DNA from: the human T2T-CHM13v2.0 reference genome, Homo sapiens
Length of the DNA stretch: 64,000 nt
Direction: 5' to 3' (one strand)
Assembly: GCF_009914755.1 (NCBI RefSeq)
Contig: NC_060934.1
The notes under the pieces were generated by a model. The model was not told the origin of the DNA. It did not search any database and worked only from the letters and a program-made list of their open reading frames with translations. Made by a program: the position numbers and the translations under genes. Below are positions 26,771 through 40,052 of the stretch, in pieces; within the stretch, counting starts at the first letter, position 1, and the number at the start of each line of letters is the position of its first letter.

Positions 26771-29154
26771 ATATATATATGCAAAATGAGAAGTTATTAA
26801 AACATGAGGGATTTGGGGGGGTTGTTGATCTGCTTTACTCTTCCCTAGAGGCAACATTAATACACGTATCTTAAATGAATAAGGACATGGAGGACGATCT
26901 CCGAAAGCCCTTTATTGCCATCTTCAGATGATTCTCGGAGGCCGAGTGAGTCACTAAGTCCGAGGTGCACTCCTCAGAGACACATTGAAAAATTCACCCT
27001 TTCCATCATCAAACAAATTGGAATCCAAGCTTCAATTTTAGGAAAATGCCACTAATGATGGATGAATATTTTCATAGTATTTATAAATTACCACATTCCC
27101 AATGCCTTCTGTTCCCTCATGTGGCCTAAGCATTTCCAAAAAATGTTATTGGTTACAGAAATGTTAAAAATAAAATCAGCCTTATTTTCTCTGTAAAGAC
27201 CTAATGAGATAATTACTATGGGTAGCCTCAATCTCAGGACGACAGGATTTTAAGACACCTGCTGGTATGGGCTGGTTGTGCTGAGTCTGGCCTGGAACAG
27301 GGAGGTGAGAAGGGGCTCTCAGTGTTGATGGACGCTGGGTCACCTTTCTTTGACATGAAGCTTGTAAATATGGCCATGCAGAGCCAAAGCCTCCACTTCC
27401 TCTTTAAACAGCCTTTCATTTCTCTCCTGCATCCTTCATCCTTCCTGCTCGGCACTATAAAAGAACAGCCTGCAACCCCCCTTCGCGCTGCCAGCCCTGG
27501 GTCCTCCTGGCCCCCCAGCTCCCCTTCCCTGACCTGCTGCCCCGGAGATCACAGAAGCTCATTATTCCCCTGGGAGCTCACTCACCTCTGGTGGCAACCA
27601 TTGCCTCCGCAGACACAGCATTTATATAAAAGGCTTTCCTCCGCTTTCATCCAATCTAGGTTGCAGGCCTATTTCGTAACATTAATTCTCTCCCTCTCCA
27701 ACGGCCACATCAATTCAATACTTTATAAACTATTTCAGGGAGCCGATTTATCAGGCCTGACAGTGCTGCACGCTGAAATAAACAGCACGGCCTCGCCTGG
27801 CGCACTCCATGGTTCCTATTTATCATTATTTAATTCAAGGGCCTAAAATTCTCTGACATTATTAATAGTAAGATGAATCACTGGAAAACCACAGAATCTG
27901 TGACCACCGAGGCTGAAATAACCCATTTCGGTGGAAACGTCTATGCGGAATGGCCTCCTCCCACGGCTGGCCTCTGTCATCAGCAGCACCCTGTGCATGG
28001 GAGGTGGGGCAGGGGAGCATGAAGCTCCCCAGGAGTCAGGTTCTTCGGGGGCAATTCTCGCCCAAGCAGCTCTCACCAAGACTGAGAGGGAGGGAGGGGA
28101 TGGGGTGTGGGGACGGTCCGAGTGCTCCACCACAGGACTCTTTCCTGTGTCTGTCACTCAACTTTAAAAGCACTAACGTAAGCTGGTTTGCACTTGATTA
28201 ACCACTTGTCTGGACTTGAACTTGGGTGGGAGCTGGACCTGGAAGTCTACTGGTTAATTACAAGAACTCTATCCCTTGGCAATTTGGGGCCACCTCATCA
28301 GATATTCAGGGTGTGTTCCAATGCCCAGCTTTGGTTTTTCAGCTTTCATTTTTTGCACATTATTACAATTTTTGAATTTAAATAAAAAGACATATCCACT
28401 TCTAAATAGGTTTTCGTTTTTAAAAGAAACCACTAACGGGGAAAAAGAAACCTAAGAAGGAATTTGCTCCTTTTTTACTCTGAGATCCAGAGGAAACAGT
28501 GAATATTACAAGTGGATTATCTCTGGGACAAGGTTAATGTTTTCAGCAAAGCTATGGAGAGAATATAACAATAGAATGATTCCTCAAATAATGATCTGTT
28601 TCTTTTCTAAGCCAAGTAGGATAATCTTTATAAAAGAAAAACCCTTTGAAGTGATTTTTTAAATGTTATAATTTTATAGTTGACCCAAGAACTATTAAGT
28701 AGGATTAAAATTAAATCTTCCCAATCTTAAATATTTGATGAGAAATAAAGTGCTTGACTTTTCCAAGCAAATTCTCCCAGAAATACCAGAAGGGTTAGTT
28801 CTTATAATTAACTTCAACTAACTGTACAAATGTAAGCCCGTGTTCTCAAGTTCTATTTTCTGGAGAGAAGAAAGAATATTAGGTCAGTCCACTTTACATA
28901 ATGAAGTTCACTGGGTTTTTTTTACTTCAGCAAACCCACCATATACCAGGCACTGCGCCATAAGCATAGAGAACAGGATAAAACTCTCACCATCATTGCT
29001 AATATTTATTGGTAACAGCAAACACCAGACAAAGCACTATGTTGTTTACTCTTCCCTGGAGGAGCACATAATTTGATAATGTAGTCACAGAGAGTAAGTC
29101 TTATCTCTTCTAGACTGAACAACACTTTGTTGCCTCCAAGACTTTATTTCTTCA

Positions 29155-29302
29155 AGGTTTTTAATTTATTCTTTTAATTGACAACCAATAATTGTATATA
29201 CCAGTAGGGTACAATGCGATATTTTGATGTGTATATATGTATAAACCGTAGAAAGATTAAACTGAGATAATTAACATACCTGTGGCTTCACCAGCTTATC
29301 AT

Positions 29303-29336
<34 letters not shown>

Positions 29337-29625
29337 GCAAAAACGTCAAAAATCTGTTCTTTTAGCAATTTTGAAATACACAATACATTATTATAAATTG
29401 TGGTCACCATGCAGTGAAATTGATCACCAAAACTTATTCCTCTGGTCTTACTTTGTACTCTTTAATCAGTGTCTGCCCTTTCACTGCCCCTCCTGCTCCC
29501 TAGCCTCTGATAAGGCCTTTCTACTTCTTGTTTGTGTGGGACTGGATTTTTCGATTCCGCATGTGACTGAGGTCATGCAGTACCTGTTTTTCTGCGCTGG
29601 GCTTATTCCACTTAGCACAAAAGTC
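29155..29625 (-). mobile_element. L1MA-like 3' end with internal (GT)n at ~29305-29332
   Basis: AATAATTGTATATA...GGGTACAATGCGATATTTTGAT; TTTAGCAATTTTGAAATACACAATACATTATTA. Confidence 0.85.
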
Positions 29626-29959
29626 TCAGGTACTTGTCTCTGTTTCCTCAGTGCTCCTCTAAATGTCTACAGGGCCAAATAAAATAAAGTCCCACTTAGC
29701 TATGATCACACACTTTTTTCTTCCTCTAACATTAAGCAAATTCCACACTGCCAACAGAAGCTTTATTTGGGAAGTGTACACGGCACTGTTGGGGAGAGGG
29801 ACTAACATGAATGAGTTCACACGTTTATGTGGGTACTCTCTGTTCAACCTATCTCCCAAAATGTGTCTTTGTCAGCTGCTGCTTCATTTAATGGCAGGTG
29901 CCATTTATACCTCATTTAAGGAGTAACCAAGACTTGCTGGATAAAGGATGGCCATGCAC

Positions 29960-30515
29960 ACTTCAGTTTCTGGCATGATGTATTAGAAGCTTGGAAGTTG
30001 TCACTCAATTCTAAAACAACGAACAACAAAAAGCTCAACAAACTGAAAATCAACAACTTCTTGGAGTCAGAGAGAACAGAGGCCACAGTGCAAATCCCTG
30101 TCCCCCAGATTGGAGAGCTAGGTGGATACAGAGAATCACAACTTTCCAGAGTAGTAATTCACTTAAGAGCAGAAACTTCCACAAGAAGCAGTATCTCAGG
30201 ACATCATGTCCTGCTTTCAACAAACAACTACAAGATGTACTAAGAGACAAAACACACGGGTGAGCATCAGAACCAGAATCACACATGGCAGAGGGGTTGG
30301 AGTTCTCAGACAAGGAAATTTAAAAGAACTCGGATTGGTATGCTAAGGGCTAGAATGGAAAAGGCGGGTGCTGTGCAAGAAAGGTAAGGTAAGCAGAAAG
30401 ACGGAAACAATAAGTAAGAGTCAAAAGGAGATATTAGAAACCAAAACATTTTAACAGAAATGCACGTTTTTGATGGGCTCATCTGTAAGCGGCCACAGCT
30501 GAGAAAAGGATGGGC
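29960..30515 (+). mobile_element. Ancient L1 5' UTR/ORF1 fragments (L1MC/MD-like)
   Basis: AAAAAGCTCAACAAACTGAAAATCAACAAC; GAATCACACATGGCAGAGG...CAGACAAGGAAATTTAAAA; TTTGATGGGCTCATC. Confidence 0.65.
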
Positions 30516-30740
30516 CATGCTGAAAACCCACAGAGACCCCTTCCCTGAGATTGCTCAGTGGTCCTGGGTTTTCCTAGCATCTTCCCTCTGGCCTCAGCTA
30601 CATGTACTGAAGGCAGAGTGGCTCGTGAACACTCTGCATCGTACCACACAGACTAGGACATCCTGCTGAGGTAAGAAAGCCCTGGGAATGGGACTATTTC
30701 CAAGCCCTTAACAATTTTTGAAAATCCAAAAGTATTCTGC

Positions 30741-31052
30741 AGCCAGGCGAGGTGGCTCACACCTGTAATCCCAGCACTTTAGGAGGCCAAGACAAGAATC
30801 ACTTGAGCCCAGGAGTTTGAGACCAGCCTGGGCAACAAAGCAAGACCCCATCTCTACAAAAATTTTAAAGAAATTAGCTGGGCCTGGTGGCACATGCCTG
30901 TAGCCCCAGCTACTCAGGTGACCAGGGTGGTAGGATCGTTTGCACCCAGGAGCTCGAGGCTGCAGTGAGCTAGGATCACGGCACTGTACTCCAGTCTGGG
31001 CGACAGAACAAGACCGTTTGAAACTACAGCAATAACAAGGAACCAACCAAGG
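30741..31052 (+). mobile_element. AluJ with degenerate tail
   Basis: CTTGAGCCCAGGAGTTTGAGACCAGCCTGGGCAAC; TSD AAAAGTATTYTGC at 30728-30740 and 31053-31065. Confidence 0.93.
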
Positions 31053-32069
31053 AAAAGTATTTTGCTATTGTTTATTTCTTTCTAATGATCTTGTCACTCA
31101 ATTCAATGAACATGACAGTATTAGGAATAAAGCAATCAGTCTAGTAAAATAAAAATAACTCATTCAATTATAAGCAAATTCAAAGAAATACTTTCATAGG
31201 TAGCAAGGATGAATCAATTAAGAATTAAGGACCTTCCCCTAAACGAATATTCATGGTTTGTCTAATAAAACAAAATTATCAATTTATTGGGGGAAATATG
31301 CTTTGCAGAATTTGGATACCAAATTATACAGAATGTACCCATCAAGATTCCATTCATTTTTGGATTACTGATATGAACTATCAACTCTCATATCAAAAGC
31401 TACACAACAGCTATAATGAGAGTCCCTCGTTGTGTGAAATGTTCTTAGCTTTTGTTCATTGGCTCTCAAATACTGGGGAATCACCACCTATCACAAAATA
31501 TGTTCTTGGTAGCTGTGCCTCTAGGCTCCTTATCCCATGCAAAATCATAGTTTATGAAAAAGCAAACTCAGACACCTAAGTAACAAACTTTCAAATCGTG
31601 TTCATAGACTATGCTTAGCCTTGTCTTACCTTTCCTGTAGCCTCTGAGCTTGTGTGCTTAGCTGCACAGTTGGGAAGAAGATAGGTCAGAGAATACACCA
31701 ACCCTTGGTCTTACCTGAGAGTAGCCAGTATGAGTATGAACTCAAATGTGCATTTTGGTTAGATCCTTTGAAGAAGGATTGTTACTGGCATCTGCAAGAA
31801 AGCGCTAGGCAAGGTTAACAGTCTTTACAAAGCTAAATCATCAGATGAGCCCCAGAAGTTAAAGCCTCACATGTCCTCTTACGTCACACCCCATGTGTTT
31901 CCTTCCCCTCACCTGAATTTGACCTCCTCCTATGTCATGTGTCTAAACTTGACATGGCAAATTGCCAAGCATCCCCAGGACTTCACCCTTTCCAGTGTCC
32001 CCACCCTGCATCACATGGCTCTGTAGCATCCTCCCATCCAGTTGGGGCATTCCATGCATCCTTTCATGC

Positions 32070-32428
32070 CAGGCTCAGCCCCATGAGGGTCTTGGGTGGG
32101 AGGTCACGAGATGCGATTCAAGCAGAGCCTTGGCAAAGCCCATGTGTATGTCCCCCTTCTGCTCCTGTGCTCTGTGGCTGCCCTCAGAGCCTTCCCAGGG
32201 GAGTCTGTGAAGAATGAGACCTTACTGGTCTCCATTGTTCTATCGATATCCAACCTACTGCCAGATTAGTGGGCAAATCTAGCTGAGACCAAAAAATCAC
32301 CCACTGAGAACAGCCACAGTTGCCTGGACACACAGACTCATGAGCTAACTGAGGCCTCTTGTTGTAAAACACTGAGTTTCAGCATGGTTTGCTGTCTAAT
32401 GTCATTGTGGCAGTAGAGAACTAAGACA
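32070..32428 (+). mobile_element. Old MaLR LTR (MLT1G/H-like)
   Basis: ACAGACTCATGAGCTAA...AACACTGAGTTT...GCAGTAGAGAACTAAGACA terminus. Confidence 0.7.
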
Positions 32429-32499
32429 CCTGGTTTGGCTGTTCGATTCTACTCTCTTCCATTTCTTGCTTAGTATGCTATTCCCTCATCTTCCCTTTA

Positions 32500-32930
32500 G
32501 TGTTTCAGTCATATATAACTCACCACGTAACAAACAGCCCCCCCAAATCTCAGTGGCTTACAACAACAAACATTTGTTTCTTACGTTAATTAAGGGCTGA
32601 GGGTTGACTGGGCCTCTGTTCTGGGCTGTGAAGCCACTGCATGTTGCCTGCATCATGGACCTTCTTATTCTAGGACCCACAATGAGGATGTGATGTCCTC
32701 GCGAGAGAGGGTGGGAGCACAGAAGCTGCTCCAGACTTCGAAGTTGCATTGAAGCCTCCTGCTCCTAGGGGCACATTTGCTCACATTCTAGTGTTTGAAG
32801 CAAGTCACTCAGCCAAGCCCACCATCCAGTGAGTGAGGACCCTCCTTCTGTTGAGATCTGTGGCAAGGATGGGGACAAATAATCTAGGGGAAGGAACAAC
32901 AAATTATGAATAATACTCAAGTCCACCAGT
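32500..32930 (-). mobile_element. Old MaLR LTR (MLT1J/K-like)
   Basis: GTAACAAACAGCCCCCCAAATCTCAGTGGCTTACAACAACAAACATTT; GCAAGTCACTCAGCCAAGCCCA. Confidence 0.75.
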
Positions 32931-34162
32931 GTGTGTTTTCATCGAGTCTGGCAACACAAATCTCCCAAGCAGTGAGAAAAATCTTTGAGTTTCCTCTGAT
33001 AAGCTGAACGCAGTAGTATTACAGGACAATTTGAGTTGAAAGATAGCCAATAAATTATGAAGCCTTAGGGAAATAGCAGGGGAAAAGTGATCACTGTAGC
33101 ATTGTCTGTTATCCAGGACACCTGGAAAGCAGGCTCCCAGGAAGCTGCACCTCCCAGAGGACCCCGGAAGTGGAAGTCCACTCTTTCTAACAGAATGTGA
33201 ATACCTAGGGCCCTTGAGTGTGTGAGTTTAATGCAAACAATTCTCTTTGAAAAGGAACATGACTGAGAAATTACACTCTAAAATACAAGAAAAAAAAAGA
33301 AAAGCTGACATTGCTCAGCGGCTGTGGCCTCCAACCCCAGGTGGCTGCAGACCTTTCCTCCCCACTCCTTGTGCCTGAGCCTTCTTCTCGTCAATGAAGT
33401 TTCACAGCCCAAATTGTTCACTCTCCATGAAGAAAATGCCTCCTTTTTTTCAGCTCCCTATTTAATAATTGGGCAGTTGTTTTTTTGCTGTTCTCCTCGG
33501 CTATTCTGAATTGTTTACTACCTAAATGTTAGTGGGAATCACAGGTGTGGACTCACAGAGACGCTGCCATCTACGGCCTGGATCTTGGTCCAAGCATTTC
33601 TGCTCTACTCCAATATTGGCTACTGGCTACTCAAAAGCAGTATTGTTTTCCAAAGTCCAAGAAATATCACTCTTGTTGCCAATAAGTCAAAGAAACCAAG
33701 TAAGAGACACTGACTGTAAAGGAGCTTTTGTAAGTGGCAGGAACCCAGGCACGCAGAAGCACTGATGTTCTCTTCTTACCCTGGGTCTTGTCAGGGCTCA
33801 GACACCCTCGTAAAAGTAGGGAGAGAGCAGGTGCCTAGGAATCGTGGCAGTGTTGCCATGGAAAACCAGAGATTGACAGTGATGTCTTGCACAGAAGACC
33901 ACTCTTATATTTAGAACTTTCCCTATATTGAAGAAACAGAGATGATTTGTAGGCACATAATGACAAATTTTACATTTTCCACTGTTTCTCCCAGTCTTCT
34001 CAGCCTATTTACACTATGTCTAGGACTAAATTTGGTTCTTATCCATCAATGTTTGAATAAATACTGAATTGCATTCCAAATCAAAGCAGTCATTTCATAT
34101 ACTATTGACAGTCATATTGATTTCTTGCAGGTTAACAGGAATAATACCTATTTTAAAATACT

Positions 34163-34250
34163 ATATATATATATATACACACACACATACACATACACAC
34201 ACTATTTATATGTATGCATATATACCTACACACACACACACGTATATATA
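34163..34250. repeat. (TA)n/(CA)n compound microsatellite
   Basis: Read directly from the sequence. Confidence 0.9.
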
Positions 34251-34862
34251 AAAGTATATGTCACAATTCTTGTATTTGTGTACTCATGCAACAAAGAAGT
34301 TGTAGCTATTACTCCTTTGCAGATTTTGGACTGAATTGTAACTGATGATATGAATTACTGAAGACTAATCAGGAAAGCAGAGATGTACTTAAATACGTAC
34401 TTAAGACTTCCAAAATTTAAAGAAAAACAAATAATTTAATTCATATATGATTTTTCAAGTAATTGCCATACTAGCTATGTATTTAAAGCTAGAAATAATA
34501 AAATTCATCAAAAAAAAGAAAGCATCTTAATTCTCTCTAAATTTTTCTACGATCTCAAGTAGCCAAAGAGGTGGTCATGTCTTAAATTAATATAAGGCTG
34601 CTTATGTAATATTTTAGTTTATTTTTCTTATTACATTTTAGTTTTACTTTATCAGTAAATATGTGGATACATATGTATGTATGCCTTACATTAAATTAAC
34701 ATCTATATTATGCATTAATAAATATCCACATATCCTCATATTTATCAACATTATTAATAAGTATGTGAATGCGTACATATGTAATATGTAAATGTTCCTC
34801 ATTAAATTAGCAGATATATTATATATATTATTTATATATATATTTATATAACGTGGACTTTT

Positions 34863-35367
34863 TAAATATGTGAACATTTTCAAATTAAAAATAAAATGAA
34901 GAGAAATTTCTGTAATCAATGTTTATTTGGAAATTAAGATCCAACACTTGTACATTTAAAAAGCATAAGCTCTGCCTTTGCATCTTGTTTATATGCTCTC
35001 TCTATATATAAACTTTTAAATTATTTGCTCTATATCTAATATTTCATATTTATATATAATACATTAATTTAATATATATTATTATATAATATATTTAGTC
35101 TAGCTATTTATATACATTATTTATATATCATACGTATTTTTATATATGTATGCCTCAAATTAAATTAATATGTAGATAAAATACGTATGATATAATATAC
35201 ATTACATTATATTACACAACTAAAGATACTTAGAGAAAACCACCGAGACACAAAAGCAGATCTTATGCCTTTTAAATTTACAGTGTTAGATCTTAATTTT
35301 CAAATAAACATGAATTACAGAAACGTCTCTTGATTTTATTTTTAATTTGAAAATGTCCAAATATTTA
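34863..35367. repeat. Long imperfect inverted repeat (arms 34863-34987 and 35244-35367) around an AT-rich spacer
   Basis: The left arm aligns to the reverse complement of the right arm with ~17 differences in ~125 positions. Confidence 0.95.
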
Positions 35368-36133
35368 TTGATAAAGTAAACCTAACATGGAAAAAGACAA
35401 ATAAAATTTTGTCATTCATCTCTACATAATTTCCTATTTTTCCTTCTGTTTTATGGCAGCCCTTCATTGTTCAGAGCGAGGTAAGCAGGGGCCGGTCAGC
35501 TGCGGATTCTCTCCTGCTCTGCTGCCTGGTTCTGGTCATTTCACTTCTCATTAGCACTGTACCCAGGGGAGAGCCAGGAGACAGAGAGGAGGTACAGCTC
35601 AAATCAACCAATTTACTCCTCATTAGCAGCTCTGATGAAAGATCTGATGGAGTGGGAAGCTGTAACTATTAATTTAGGTGAGATCTGAATGGTGTCTGTT
35701 GATTTCATTTCTCTGTGCTTTGCCTATGCCCTGCCAACCCAGGAGAGCAACAAGTGGCTTTAGTAAATCTCCGGTAATTTGTACCTTACTATCTTGGGAT
35801 CTGTGATAAGTCAACAGTGCCCAGTGGAAACTTAGTTTCTCATGACTTAGAAAAAAAAAAAAGGTTTGTTAAACCAAATAAAAATATAAACCATTGTAAG
35901 AATATGTTTTCAATAATTAAAAACTTTAAGAAACAAAGCCTCAACATACATAGATATACTGTCAACATGCTTAGCAAACTAATCACATTATTTTATTAAG
36001 TAGAGACTATGAGGGTCTTACACCAGCTACTAGAGTATCACGTCCCCTAGGTACAATTCCAAATTCCAGGAAGTTTGAAACCAATTTCTTTTTCTTAATT
36101 CATCTGGCACCTTGTTTAAACTGAAATAAATTA

Positions 36134-36467
36134 CAGTCACGTGCTGTGTAACATTTCTGTCCACTCTGGACTACATACATGACGGTGGTCCCTTCGAATT
36201 ACAGTAACATAGTTTTACTTTCTTATGTTTAAGTATGTTTAGATACACAAATACCACTGCATTACAGCTGGCTACAGTGTTCAGTCCAGCGCATCCTATA
36301 TAGGTTTAGAGCCTGGGAGCAACAGGCCATATCATACAGCCTAGGTTTGTTGGGGACCGCACCATCTACATCTGTGTAAATTCACTCTGTGATGCTCACA
36401 TCATGATGAAACTGCCTGGCAATGCATTTCTCAGGAGGTATCCTCCTTGCTAGTTGACTCATGACTA
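36134..36467. mobile_element. Tigger3a (MER7-type) non-autonomous DNA transposon, flanked by TA
   Basis: TA|CAGTCACG...CATGACTA|TA; ATACATGACGGTGGTCCC; GCCTGGGAGCAACAGGCCATATCATACAGCCTAGG. Confidence 0.88.
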
Positions 36468-36551
36468 TAATGGCAAAACCTGACCTAACCCAAGACAAGG
36501 CTCTCCTATTGTGTAAATATTCATGTTTTTCTCAGCACAGATCTCAATAGA

Positions 36552-37566
<1,015 letters not shown>

Positions 37567-39384
37567 AATTTCATTCCTGAGCACTGCCTGGACACTTTCT
37601 ATACAACTGCTATAAAACACAGGCACGGCTCTGCCTTTCTGAAGTCTGAAGGTTTAGAATTCTAAAAGATCCTTGGCTCCAAGGAGTTCAGGTATGGGAT
37701 TTGGCATTCTTCTTGTCTTCAGAAATACAATAAAGGCTTGAAAACTGAGTTTCTGTGAGTCAGTATTAATTAATCTACTTATTCTACAGCTGTTATTTGG
37801 TATTCCAGATAAGCTTGTGGGAGAAATGGAGGTAATGGATAATTTGTTTTCAAATTGTTTTATTTTTCCCCATCAATTTGCTTGACAGCTGTATTCTGCT
37901 ATTGTCAATAGGCTACCCCCATGAGGTGCAAATACACAGCATCCCTCATGTAAGGGGATATGGGCTGCACGTTAATTGTAAAGTGATCCCATGTCCCAGT
38001 GACGTGAAGAAGGAGAATTCTGTGCTGCTCATACTGATGAGGGTGCAGTGTCCATGTGCATTACCTGGAACTCTAACTTACTCATCAAGATGCACACCTG
38101 ACTTCCTCCTTGCCCCATGCATGGAACAGGTAGCACTTCAGAAGGAATTAAATGACTATGGGCATAGAGACTGTACAATCTTTTGGGAAGACTCAGCATG
38201 GCACACAAAGGCAGGCATGGGAACACTCTGCAGATATGGGCAAAAAGCAGGTGCATTGTCTTGGAGGATTTTAAAAACCAATAACAAAATTGATCAAACC
38301 TTGGTCTGTTTTGCATTATCGTCGTGTCATGCTGTCACTGCTGGTAATGAGTTACTCCTCCACGGGGGGAGATCAGATCTTTTCTTGGTTTATCTTCGAA
38401 ATGGCTACTACATATCAGCTTTGGATTGGCACATTTCCATTCCTTACCCTCTGCGTAGCACTGCAGACGCCACGACCGTGAGTCCAGCCCCGGCACGTGG
38501 GCCCGCTACACATCGCAGATTCAGGACTGAGTTCCAGGTGGCCTTGAATGGTTCCAGCTCCCTTTAAGCATAGCTCCCATCTCCAGCCCTCGGGCCCTAC
38601 ACACTCCTGAGTTGAAAGAGTCGATTCCAAATAAACAGCAATAGCACAATGACTGCAAAGAGGAGGACAAGAAAGTGAGTGGGCTCAGATCCCTCATTCT
38701 ACCAGATCACTCGCAGTATTGTGTTTTGAATTTAAAACAGCGAAACAGCGTAAGTTTTGAGGTACTATTTTGTTTGACAAATGCAAATTTTAGTTTAGAT
38801 ATGGAATATTATGCTAAATAAGAAACATATATCTAAAATTGAAATTAATCATTTTTAAATTATTATTTAAAACTAAAAACCAGAAATAAATAATCTTAAA
38901 TCAGTGATATGATATAATTTTGTAAATTTTGTCTTTAGCAATAATTTTTTGGCTACCAATCATTTACATTTAATAGTATTACATCAGACAGTTAACAAAA
39001 CATTAATGTCCACATTTTTAAAAGCTATTGTATTTTTGAAATATTTGTAGTGTAATATCTTTCATAACTTTTTGTTAGTATGATTTTATATGTAGAAATA
39101 TGAAGCTGAATTTTAAAAAAATTTGCTCTCGATATTTTCTGGTCTATTAATATTGTTTTATATTTAATATGATATGTTTTTATTAATATGTTTTTATTTA
39201 ATATGATAATTTTGGAAACAATTTTGTCACATAGAGGGTAAGATGCTCAAAGATGATCTGTTCCTCAGGTCTGTATGCTAGGTATTGGTCTGCTACAGAA
39301 AGTGGTAAAAAGATTCTAGAAGCACCTTTTAATTTGAGCTTACATTTTATTTTAGTTGGTCAAGATATAATTCAGAAGGCAAGG

Positions 39385-40052
39385 GGTACTAGAACGTACT
39401 AGCAGGGCAGGGAGAACGGGGGACAAGCTGCCTGCCTGAGATGCTCAGTCCAGCTCAAAGGGTCCTAGGACATACTCGCAGGACAGTAGGACAGTGGGCA
39501 AGCTGCCTGCCTGAGAATCCAACTCCGAGGGACCTAGGATGTACTTACAGGGTGGGAAGGACGGAGGACAAGCTGCTTGCCTGAGATGCTCAGTCCAGCT
39601 CTGAGGGTTCTAGGATGTACTTACAGGGCAGAGAGGACAGTGGGCAAGCTGCCTGTCTGGGAATCCAGCTCTGAGGGTCCTAGGATGTATTGTCAGGGCA
39701 GGAGGGACAATGGGCAAGCTTCCTGCCTGAGATACTCAGTCCAGCTCTTAGGGCCCTAGGTTGTACTGGCAGGGCAGGAAGGACGGTGGACAAGCTGCCT
39801 CCCTGAGAGTCCAACTCTGAGGGTCTTAGGATATAATCACAGGGCAGGAAGGACAGTGGGCAAGCTACTTGCCTGAGAATCAGAGTCCAGCTCCGAGGGT
39901 CCTAGGATGTACTTACAGGGCAGGAAGGATGGTGGATAAGATGCCTGTCTGGGAATCCAGCTCTGAGGGTCCCAGGATGTACTAGTAGGGCAGGAAGGAT
40001 GGTGGGCAAGCTGCCTGCCTGAGATACTCAGTCCAGCTCTGAGGGCCCTGGT
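39385..40052. repeat. GC-rich minisatellite, ~9 units alternating 76 and 70 bp (146 bp higher-order unit)
   Basis: The anchor CAAGCT (TAAGAT in one unit) is at 39424, 39499, 39569, 39645, 39715, 39791, 39861, 39937, 40007. Confidence 0.95.

Noticed and set aside
27322-27846. 174 aa ORF
   Set aside because: Pro/Ser/Leu-rich chance frame in GC-richer DNA; no domain or splice support.
37878-38567. 229 aa ORF as a protein-coding gene
   Set aside because: TTG start, no recognisable domain, Cys/Leu-rich composition typical of random frames, and no exon structure.
38700-39295. AT-rich tract possibly from an old hAT DNA transposon
   Set aside because: I could not identify terminal repeats or a family with enough confidence.
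39385-40052. CRISPR-like or coding repeat array
   Set aside because: Units are contiguous with no unique spacers, periods are not multiples of 3, and the context is eukaryotic.
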